DNA of 32,000 bases. Origin: Skermanella aerolata KACC 11604. GTDB taxonomy: Bacteria > Pseudomonadota > Alphaproteobacteria > Azospirillales > Azospirillaceae. The DNA is taken from positions 1 through 32,000 of the forward strand of contig NZ_AVFK01000047.1 of NCBI RefSeq assembly GCF_000936425.1. The letters run 5' to 3'. The notes under the pieces were generated by a model, which did not search any database, was not told the origin of the DNA, and saw nothing but the letters and a program-made list of their open reading frames with translations. Below, piece by piece: positions 25,491 to 32,000 of the stretch (position 1 is its first letter; each line of letters begins with the position of its first letter). The position numbers were made by a program, and so were the translations under genes.

Positions 25491-25686
25491 CGGATGTGAC
25501 TCCGTTCGAACTGACAGGCATGACGAAAGGTTCGGGGAGCTGCCGAAGCGCTGACGGCCGTGCGTGACGGTGGCGCTTGCGGGCGCTGAGCAGCGCCCGG
25601 TGATGACCATCGACGACCATGCTCGACGTTTGTGCTCCGCAGAACCGACGGTGCGGTTTCCAGACATTTCCGCAGCAGGAAGCTTT

Positions 25687-26079
25687 TCAGGTGCGCTTAT
25701 CCGGCGGTGGAGCCCGGCTCCTCACGCAGCTCAAGAAGTGCATTGCCGCAGGAGCGCCCATTTTGGCCGGCAGCGATGGCGAAATCCCGGTTAAGCTCGC
25801 GGAACGAGCGCCAGCGTTGTGGGCTGGCGGCAGCAGCGGGGCCGCCTGGACCACGCAGAATGGGCACAGGCCAGCGTGGTCATGGGTCACCGGCTTCGAC
25901 GGGGCACCCGGGTCGCTATCGTGGGAGGGGTGTCCCGCGACGTTGTCAGGACGAAAATCGAGGTCGACCGGTACAATGTTCCGGAACGCCATGGCCAGAT
26001 CGGGCACGGCGATTTGGATGAGAAGGGCAAAGACACCCAACCATGCAGTCAGCCGGTGGCATGCAGCGTGATGCTTCAT
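25687..26079 (-). CDS. Second DUF2946-like protein (LCPFC motif)
   Basis: The internal M at 26079 gives MKHHAACHRLTAWLGVFALLIQIAVPDLAMA (signal-like). The motif HAGLCPFCVVQAAPLLPP parallels GPHCPFCLVQHAAALPP of the first copy. Confidence 0.55.
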   Translation of the reverse strand: MKHHAACHRLTAWLGVFALLIQIAVPDLAMAFRNIVPVDLDFRPDNVAGHPSHDSDPGAPSKPVTHDHAGLCPFCVVQAAPLLPPAHNAGARSASLTGISPSLPAKMGAPAAMHFLSCVRSRAPPPDKRT

Positions 26080-26116
26080 CGGGTCCTGCTTCACTCCATC
26101 CTGTCGCACGGGAGGC

Positions 26117-26132
26117 TGCGAAAGCACCGCCA
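26117..26132 (-). promoter_or_regulatory. Weak sigma-54-like element TGGCGG-TGCTT-TCGCA (minus strand) ahead of the DUF2946-2 / AAA+ / csp1 unit
   Basis: GG/GC spacing is exact, but there are 3 mismatches to the core consensus. It lies about 40-55 nt upstream of the 26079 start. Confidence 0.3.
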
Positions 26133-26452
26133 AGAAAGATGTTTATCGCCGATTGGTGATCGTTGTTGAGTTGGATATGCTTCGATTTGATCACACCAGT
26201 AAAGCTAGCAATAGTCATGCCGATATTCGGAGGCATTGGGACCGGCGGTAGTACTTCGACAACAGGCTGTCCGATATAAAATTGCTCAACACCAAGGCTA
26301 TGTTTCACTTGTGTAATCTGAATACAGTTGTTCAACAATCAAACAGAATTGTTCAATTTTTTGATAGATGTAAATCGGCGCGTCTTCGACCGGCGATCGG
26401 GATTGTCACGACAACGGTGGTGCAGCGACAGCGGTGACGATAATCTGCCAGG

Positions 26453-26584
26453 ATGCAGCCGCTCTCCTATGCCCGTCACCATTTTCCACCCGCCGCCATC
26501 CAGCACGCTGTGTGGCTGTGGTGCATGGAGGTCGGAGAGCACGGACTTCTGCCCAGGTTCGGTGATCTTCAAGCGGCGCGGACG
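26453..26584 (+). pseudogene. N-terminal fragment of an IS6-family transposase, cut off by the IS903-like element
   Basis: Translation ...ARHHFPPAAIQHAVWLW...GDLQAAR resembles the conserved IS6-family start (RHRFPPEVIQHAIWLY...VEDLLAERG). It stops exactly at the neighbouring IS terminus. A possible IR lies near 26398-26415. Confidence 0.35.
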
Positions 26585-27690
26585 GACGTTGGTGCAGAAA
26601 TCAGCGGGCGGGCAGACTTCGCCCATTGCCACGGCGGTCAGGCAATCCGACGGGACACCGGCATGCCGAGGTCGGTCATGATGTTGATGACCTTGCATCC
26701 GGCGGTTGCTTCGACCTTCTGGGCACGCAGACTCCGGGCCCGCAGGCTGCGGCCGATCAGGGCCTTGTACCGAAACACCGCCACTTCGACCAAGGATCTT
26801 TTCCCGTAGCCGACGGCCCGCTGCCAACCCAGCCGTCCGTGGTCGGCGATCCACTGGATATGGCGGTCGCGCTGGGTCGGGTCGGTGTCCACCTTGGCGC
26901 TCAGCACCGCGGTCGAACGGGGCGGGATGACCACAGCGACGTCAGGCGTATGGTCGGTGACGGACCGGTATGTCGGCTCCCCGTCGTAGGCGCCGTCAGC
27001 CAACACCGCGGAGATCGGGCGGTCGATCTGCTCGAGCAGCGGACCGACCAGGGACGCGTCGCCGTCGTCCGTGGTGGTCAGCTCAGAGGCGAGGATCTCA
27101 CCGCTCCCGGGATCGACCGCCAAGTGCAGTTTCCGCCAGGTCCGATGTGGCTTCCCGCCGTGCTTCTCGTGCAGCCATTCACCGGCTCCGACCACCTTCA
27201 GGCCGGTGCTGTCGATCACGACGTGGACCGGTTCCTTCGCCTTCCTCAGCGCCGTCGCGACACCCAGGCCGGCGCTACGGCGCGAGAGCGTTGTGTGGTC
27301 CGGAACCGGCAACTCCAGGCCGAGCAGGCCCATGACCGAGCTCAGCAAGCCTTCGGTCTGGCGCCACGGCCGGCCGAACGCCAACCTCAGCATCAGCCCG
27401 GTCTCGATGGCGACGTCGGAATAGGCCCGCGGCCGACCCCGCCGCCCGGTCGCCGCCGGCATCCAAGCCGCGATTGCTTCGGGCGTCACCCACACAGTCA
27501 GGCTGCCGCGCCTACGCAGCGCCGCGTCGTACTCGGCCCAGTTCTCGATTCTGTACCGGGCTTTCGGGATCCTGTGACGACGCGGTTCATTCGCCTTGTA
27601 CGGCATGCGGCACTCTGCTCCAGCGGGCTATCTCTATACCCACCTGCCCATCGCCGCGATAGCCCTCATCGCCATTTGTGCACCAACGTC
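26585..27690 (-). mobile_element. Intact IS5-family (IS903-group) insertion sequence, 1106 bp
   Basis: The terminal inverted repeats are GACGTTGGTGCAGAAAT (26585-26601) and the reverse complement of 27674-27690 (GACGTTGGTGCACAAAT), identical at 16/17 positions. They contain an AAATCAG-type end like IS903. There is a single transposase ORF. The flanking 9-mers differ (gcgcggacg vs tcggtgcaa), so there is no target-site duplication. Confidence 0.8.
26638..27606 (-). CDS. IS5/IS903-group DDE transposase
   Basis: 322 aa. It is colinear with IS903 transposase as I remember it (NW.EYD.AL..RGSLT.W......AW...RGRP..YSD.AI.T......F.L..RQ.EG...S; VIDSTGLKV.G.GEW...KHG...R.WRKLHLAVD; ADGAYD; GMP.S.RIA end). 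Confidence 0.9.
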   Translation of the reverse strand: MPYKANEPRRHRIPKARYRIENWAEYDAALRRRGSLTVWVTPEAIAAWMPAATGRRGRPRAYSDVAIETGLMLRLAFGRPWRQTEGLLSSVMGLLGLELPVPDHTTLSRRSAGLGVATALRKAKEPVHVVIDSTGLKVVGAGEWLHEKHGGKPHRTWRKLHLAVDPGSGEILASELTTTDDGDASLVGPLLEQIDRPISAVLADGAYDGEPTYRSVTDHTPDVAVVIPPRSTAVLSAKVDTDPTQRDRHIQWIADHGRLGWQRAVGYGKRSLVEVAVFRYKALIGRSLRARSLRAQKVEATAGCKVINIMTDLGMPVSRRIA

Positions 27691-28172
27691 TCGGTGCAAG
27701 ACATCGGTCGCCTCCCTGAATGCGATTGGGCAACAGTATTTTACCAAACCGGCTGCCGCCTACACCGTCATGGAATCTGTTTGAGGCGATCATTTCCTGA
27801 ACGGGCGGTCTAGCTCCGCCTGGGCGAAATACGCCGATGCCTTGCGCAGGATCTCGTTTGCCTGGCGCAGTTCGCGGACCTCGCGCTCCAGCGCCTTGAT
27901 CCGTTCCCGGTCGTCCGTCGTCGGGCCGGCCCGCTTGCCATGATCGCGCTCGGCTTGCCGGACCCAGCCCCGCAGCGTCTCCGCCGTGCAGCCGATCTTC
28001 GCCGCGATTGAGCTGATCGCTGCCCACTGCGAGACGTGTTTTCCGGAGTGCTCGAACACCATCCGGGCCGCGCGCTCGCGCACTTCAGGGGCGTATTTGG
28101 GTGATGTCTGCTTCGTCATGATAACCCCAGTCTCTCAAGAAATGGCATCTCCGATAAACCCGGTACGATTCA
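27691..28172 (-). mobile_element. IS3-family remnant: left IR, intact orfA and the first ~30 codons of orfB, truncated by the IS903-like element
   Basis: The minus-strand end starts TGAATCGTACCGGGTTTATCGGAGATGCC at 28172 (a TG...-type IS3 IR). An orfB-like frame, ...[23 protein letters not shown] (compare MIAFID.HR..YGVEPIC.VL), runs into position 27691. Confidence 0.65.
27790..28119 (-). CDS. IS3-family transposase OrfA (HTH)
   Basis: 109 aa: [21 protein letters not shown]...[22 protein letters not shown]...[34 protein letters not shown], the typical IS3 orfA pattern. Confidence 0.85.
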   Translation of the reverse strand: MTKQTSPKYAPEVRERAARMVFEHSGKHVSQWAAISSIAAKIGCTAETLRGWVRQAERDHGKRAGPTTDDRERIKALEREVRELRQANEILRKASAYFAQAELDRPFRK

Positions 28173-28275
28173 GTCGTGTTTGCGCCCGAGGTTTGCCCTG
28201 AAGCCATGCGTCGAGATGGGCGAGGTTCATGGCCGCTGCGGTAAAGACGTGCTAGAGATGGGTTTGAAGATTTCG
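28173..28275 (-). pseudogene. C-terminal remnant of an IS1182/IS5-type transposase with an internal stop, abutted by the IS3 end
   Basis: The minus-strand translation ...RRNLQTHL*HVFTAAAMNLAHLDAWLQGKPRAQTR resembles the conserved C-terminus (..AKTHLQH.LTAAA.NL.RL..WL.G.P.A.TR). The stop sits where Q is expected. Confidence 0.4.
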
Positions 28276-28340
28276 ACGTGGCCCGTCGCGCGCGGCATCG
28301 GCCAGCGGGCGGTGACCGGGTTCGGGCTGCGAAAACCCAG

Positions 28341-30146
28341 TCAGTCGGACGCTTCCGACAGCAGTCTTTCCACGGCGACGTTGAGTTGACGCGAGCTGAT
28401 CGGCTTTTGGGCTATGCTCAGGCCGTGCATGGCGGCATCGGCGGCACATTCCGGGCCGGTTTCACCGGTCAGGAGTACGCCGGGAATGTTGCTGTCGAAC
28501 AGTTCACGGATCTTCACGATCGCTTCCGTGCCGACCCGTCCACCGCGCAGTCGGTAATCGGCGACGATAATGTCAGGCTCACGGATGCCGGTGCGCAGCC
28601 GCTCCAGTGCCTGGTCGGTCGAGCCTGCCGCCAGCACCTCGTATCCCCAATCACGCAGGGTGCTCTGTAAACCCATTAGGACGATGGCATCGTCATCGAC
28701 CAGCACGGCATAGCGGCCTCCAGTCGGACCGGCAATAGGGGCCGGCTCCGGCCGGGCTATGGCTGAGGTCTGGCCGAGTGGAACTTCGATGCTGAAGATG
28801 GAGCCGCGCCCCAGGGCCGACACCGCCTCGACCCGGCAGTCGAGCAGCTTTGCCAGTCTTTGGACGATCGCAAGGCCGAGTCCGAGACCCTTGTTCCGGT
28901 CGCGTTCGGGATTGCCGACCTGATGGAACTCTGTCCAGATATCTTCCATCTGGTTCCTCGGAATGCCGATGCCGGTATCCTGCACCTCGATCCTGACCGA
29001 AGGGCCGACCGATCGGCAGTCAACGCATACGGTGCCCGCCCGAGTATACTGGATCGCGTTCTCGATCAGGTTTCCAAGGATGCGCCTCAGCAAGGTCGGG
29101 TCGCTTCGCACGGCGAGTTCGGAACCGGTGATTGAGAATGTCAGGCCTTTCGCTGCAGCTACCGTGCGATAGCTGCCTTCTATCTGGCTGAACAGAAGGC
29201 TGAGGGGAAAATCCTTGATGTCGGGTTCCTCCGCCTCGGCATCGAGGCGGGATATGTCGAGCAGCGCGTTGAGCAGTTCCTTCATGACGTCGAGACCGCG
29301 GCGCAGGTGCAGAAGCTTCTGTGACCCCTCCCGATCGACAACATGCCGCTCAAGCCCGTCGGCGAACAGGAACAGGGATTGCAAAGGCTGGCGCAGGTCG
29401 TGGCTCGCCGAGGCCAGGAACCTGGCCTTCGTCGCGATAGCCTTTTCGGCACACTCCTTGGCGTTCCGAAGTTCCACGGCATTATGCTGGAACGTCTGGA
29501 CGGCGTGGGCCATGCGGCCGATCTCGTCCGCCCGATGCCGGTTCGGAACGACGATATCGATCTCGCCGGCCGCCAGATCGGACATGACATCGGTCATTCG
29601 CACGATCGGCGCGGTAATTCCCCGCAGGACGTACACCGTGCCCCAGACCACCAGCACCAGGAAAAACAACCCGCTGCCTACCAGGAACAGGGCGTTCCGC
29701 TTGATCGCATCCAGGGTCGGATGGAGATCGAAGTCGACCCGGAGTGTTCCGAGTTTCTGAGGACGCCCTTGCCGGTCGGGATGGCTGATCTCGATGATCC
29801 TGGTCAGCAGCGCATCGTCGGGCACAGTATGCGCACCTGCCTTCATCATGAAAAAGAGTTCGCCCCGGGTACCGTAGACGGCGGCCTTGGCGAAGTCGTC
29901 CACGGCCCTGAGCGGGTCAAGCGCTACGGCGGCCTCTTCAGGACTGAGATTCCACACCGCTGCGGAAACGGCGTCGGCGACCATCTGGCCGGACAGGTCG
30001 GCTTTCCCAGCCAGCGTTGCTTTTGCCTGCCGAATATCCAGATGAACGAGCATCGCCACCGAAACACAGATCAGCATGGTGGCGACCAGGGCTGCGGAGG
30101 CGGTGATCCTGGCGACCAGGCTTCGATCAAAGACCTTCATTAGCAT
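28341..30146 (-). CDS. Hybrid sensor histidine kinase (periplasmic sensor, HAMP, HisKA, HATPase, C-terminal receiver)
   Basis: 601 aa. Two TM helices flank a loop of about 130 aa. H-box is FLASASHDLRQPLQSL. N/G boxes are present (NLIENAIQYT, DTGIGI, GLGLGLAIV). The receiver domain reads AVLVDDD...IIVADYRL. Confidence 0.85.
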   Translation of the reverse strand: MLMKVFDRSLVARITASAALVATMLICVSVAMLVHLDIRQAKATLAGKADLSGQMVADAVSAAVWNLSPEEAAVALDPLRAVDDFAKAAVYGTRGELFFMMKAGAHTVPDDALLTRIIEISHPDRQGRPQKLGTLRVDFDLHPTLDAIKRNALFLVGSGLFFLVLVVWGTVYVLRGITAPIVRMTDVMSDLAAGEIDIVVPNRHRADEIGRMAHAVQTFQHNAVELRNAKECAEKAIATKARFLASASHDLRQPLQSLFLFADGLERHVVDREGSQKLLHLRRGLDVMKELLNALLDISRLDAEAEEPDIKDFPLSLLFSQIEGSYRTVAAAKGLTFSITGSELAVRSDPTLLRRILGNLIENAIQYTRAGTVCVDCRSVGPSVRIEVQDTGIGIPRNQMEDIWTEFHQVGNPERDRNKGLGLGLAIVQRLAKLLDCRVEAVSALGRGSIFSIEVPLGQTSAIARPEPAPIAGPTGGRYAVLVDDDAIVLMGLQSTLRDWGYEVLAAGSTDQALERLRTGIREPDIIVADYRLRGGRVGTEAIVKIRELFDSNIPGVLLTGETGPECAADAAMHGLSIAQKPISSRQLNVAVERLLSEASD

Positions 30147-30457
30147 CCCACTTCGTTCCGTCCGCCCGGCAATCCATCGATCGCGTACCAGTTATTACGT
30201 TCTGAATCCTACAAATCCATGAACATTCAATAATAAAAACTGGCATGCTAGTGTTAACACACAATATAATTTTCTACCAAATAATGAAAAATTTTCCATT
30301 ACATTTCAATACAATAAAAACGTTTGCCTTTATATTTGATTTGCATTACGTAGTTCGCGACATAGGTGTCTATTGAAAGTGTCGAGCTGACACAGATTTT
30401 CAAATCATTGGTCAAGATCGGAAAACAGCGGCCCAAACGTCCCAAGGAAAGTTCAGA

Positions 30458-32000
30458 ATGTTCGCCACCATGAATCGCCGCGATTTGATGGCTATGCTGT
30501 GTTCCGGTGCGATGCTCGGCATGCTTGGCTATCCGAAAGCTGCTCTTGCCTGCGGCAGCACTCTGCTGAGAGTGGGCGTCGATGCATTTCCCCGGACGCT
30601 GAACCCGATCGAAGTGCGCGATCTCGTCGCCGGCCGGATATTGGTGGCCATGTACGAGGGGCTGACGAGGATCGATCGGACGGGAAAGGTCAAGCCGGCG
30701 CTGGCCGAAAGCTGGGAGCCTGCGGACGACGGCCGCGCCTGGCGCTTTCACCTGCGCCGTGGCGTCCGCTTTCACACCGGACGTGACTTCTCGGCCGAAG
30801 ACGTGAAAAAGACCTTCGAAGCGTTGCTCGAGAATCCGGCCGTGCCCAGCTTCGCCGTTCCTGGCCTGAAGAAGGTACTGGGGTACGAGGATGTGGTCCG
30901 GAAGAAGGGCGGACCCCTTCGAGGCGTCGTGGTCGTGGACGAGCACACGGTGGACATCCGGTTCTCCGAACCTTGCGCCATCTTTCCGTTCTTCAAGTTC
31001 CCGATCGCCGACATCGATTTCATCAGGTCGCAGGGTCCTGATTGGTACACCAGGTATTCGGCCGGAACTGGGCCATATCGCTTCTCCGCCTGGGTGCCCG
31101 GAGCCTATGTCGACCTGGTGGCGCATGATGGCTGGTGGGACGGCGACCCCGTGCATGACAAGGTTTCGTTCGTCGTGACCGGCGGGCGCGAAGCCTCCGT
31201 CACCGCCTTCAACAACAACGAGGCCGATTTCGTGCTGGTCGATGCTGACCTGGTACGAAAGACCGTCGACGGAAGCGGCTTCCAGCGGTCCTTGATATCC
31301 TGCCCACGCATGCAGACCCGTTCCGTCGCACTGCTCCAGGATCGCTATCCGCCGTTCCGCGACAAGCGCGTGCGCTTGGCAATGTCGATGATGATCGATC
31401 GCGAAGCTGTTGCCGAACGCTTCTTTCGGGGGATGGCCGTCGTCCACAACGGGCTCGTCCCACCCCTGCTTCTCGCCGACGCCGAGCATGAGCCCCTGGC
31501 ATATGATCCGCTGGGTGCCGAGAGGCTGCTGGCCGAGGCCGGGTTTCCCGGAGGCAAAGGAATGCCGCCTTTCCAGGTTACGACCTGGCCGGAATTTCAC
31601 CAGGAGTTTGCCTACTATGTTTCCCAGTGGAGCAACATCGGCATTCCGGTCGAGCTGAATGTCGTCCACAAGACCAAGTTCTACGAGAACTCCAGTCGAG
31701 GCGAGTACGTCGCCTACTACATGGGCTGGACCGCCGCCTATCCCGACGCGATGAACTTCCTTGGCGAGTTGTTCGGCGGCGACAGTCCCTTCAACCAGAT
31801 CGGCTGGCGGAACGCCAAGTTCGACCGCATCATCGGACAGGCGAATGCCGTCACCGATCCCACGGCACGCGAGGCCCTGTATCGGACAGCCGAGCGGATT
31901 GTGCTGGATGATTTCCCGATCCTCCCTCTCGTCGTACCCGACTACGTCGCACTTCGCTGCAACCCCATTGCAGATCAGCACCTGTCACCTTTCGGCGGAT
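30458..32000 (+). CDS. Family-5 (peptide/nickel/opine, DppA/OppA-like) periplasmic solute-binding protein, Tat-type signal; 3' end beyond the window
   Basis: Open frame with no stop from ATG 30458 (or 30470) to the window end (514 codons); not in the track for that reason. Translation begins MFATMNRRDLMAMLCSGAMLG...LRVGVDAFPRTLNPI...LVAMYEGLTRIDRTGKVKPALAESWE...WRFHLRRGVRFHTGRDFSAEDV, the classic SBP_bac_5 pattern. Minus-strand ORF 30299-31981 is its antisense shadow. Confidence 0.8.
   Translation, partial: MFATMNRRDLMAMLCSGAMLGMLGYPKAALACGSTLLRVGVDAFPRTLNPIEVRDLVAGRILVAMYEGLTRIDRTGKVKPALAESWEPADDGRAWRFHLRRGVRFHTGRDFSAEDVKKTFEALLENPAVPSFAVPGLKKVLGYEDVVRKKGGPLRGVVVVDEHTVDIRFSEPCAIFPFFKFPIADIDFIRSQGPDWYTRYSAGTGPYRFSAWVPGAYVDLVAHDGWWDGDPVHDKVSFVVTGGREASVTAFNNNEADFVLVDADLVRKTVDGSGFQRSLISCPRMQTRSVALLQDRYPPFRDKRVRLAMSMMIDREAVAERFFRGMAVVHNGLVPPLLLADAEHEPLAYDPLGAERLLAEAGFPGGKGMPPFQVTTWPEFHQEFAYYVSQWSNIGIPVELNVVHKTKFYENSSRGEYVAYYMGWTAAYPDAMNFLGELFGGDSPFNQIGWRNAKFDRIIGQANAVTDPTAREALYRTAERIVLDDFPILPLVVPDYVALRCNPIADQHLSPFGG

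Noticed and set aside
25581-25598. GGGCGCTG-AG-CAGCGCCC palindrome between DUF2946-2 and the AAA+ gene as an intrinsic terminator
   Set aside because: The loop is too small for the full stem and there is no T-tract on either strand. It may still form a minor attenuating structure.
25491-25667. The upstream 59 codons of track ORF 24636-25667 as a genuine N-terminal domain of the AAA+ paralog
   Set aside because: The sequence (MSGNRTVGSAEHKRRAWSS...) has no domain character, whereas the M at 25490 has a GGAG-type RBS. The longer form cannot be formally excluded.
26338-27784. 9-bp inverted repeat TCAAACAGA / TCTGTTTGA, first taken as the ends of the IS5-family element
   Set aside because: A much better 17-bp inverted repeat (16/17) at 26585-26601 and 27674-27690 gives an element of canonical IS903 size. 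The 9-bp match is probably chance or belongs to older debris.
30284-30376. 30-codon ORF (MKNFPLHFNTIKTFAFIFDLHYVVRDIGVY) in the AT-rich spacer before the binding-protein gene, considered as a methanobactin precursor (mbnA)
   Set aside because: No Cys residues, no RBS and no adjacent mbnB/mbnC.
1-32000. Scan for CRISPR arrays, rRNA/tRNA genes and long tandem repeats
   Set aside because: None recognised by eye. The only tandem repeat seen is the 27-nt microsatellite in gfa. A tRNAscan/Infernal run would be needed to exclude small RNAs formally.

Overview
GC-rich, alphaproteobacterial-looking methanotroph locus devoted almost entirely to methane oxidation and copper handling. In order: (i) the 5' end of an MxaF/XoxF-type PQQ methanol dehydrogenase (minus strand, runs off the left edge) and a DUF2189-like membrane protein. 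(ii) A complete soluble methane monooxygenase cluster, mmoXYBZDC-mmoR-mmoG, behind a sigma-54 type -24/-12 promoter; mmoG is split by one in-frame TAG. (iii) Two small minus-strand membrane ORFs. (iv) A particulate methane monooxygenase operon, pmoCAB, divergent and with terminal extensions, also preceded by a sigma-54-like element. (v) Directly downstream, a tightly packed same-strand array: a His-1 protein in the pmoD position, a two-domain multicopper oxidase, a YcnI/DUF1775-like protein, a CopC-CopD-YtkA-like-cupredoxin fusion, Gfa, DUF2946 and PepSY proteins. Convergent with it is a minus-strand unit of DUF2946, a degenerate MmoR-like AAA+ protein and the Csp1 copper-storage protein. (vi) Four layers of IS debris: an IS6-like fragment, an intact IS903-group element, an IS3 remnant and an IS1182-like remnant. 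(vii) A hybrid sensor kinase and a Tat-type family-5 solute-binding protein that runs off the right edge. I saw no rRNA, tRNA or CRISPR. The best candidate for an undescribed system is the copper acquisition/storage/regulation array attached to pmoCAB (about 15.9-26.1 kb). Many long ORFs in the six-frame track are antisense or off-frame shadows typical of GC-rich DNA. All family assignments come from remembered motifs and sequences; no database search was run.
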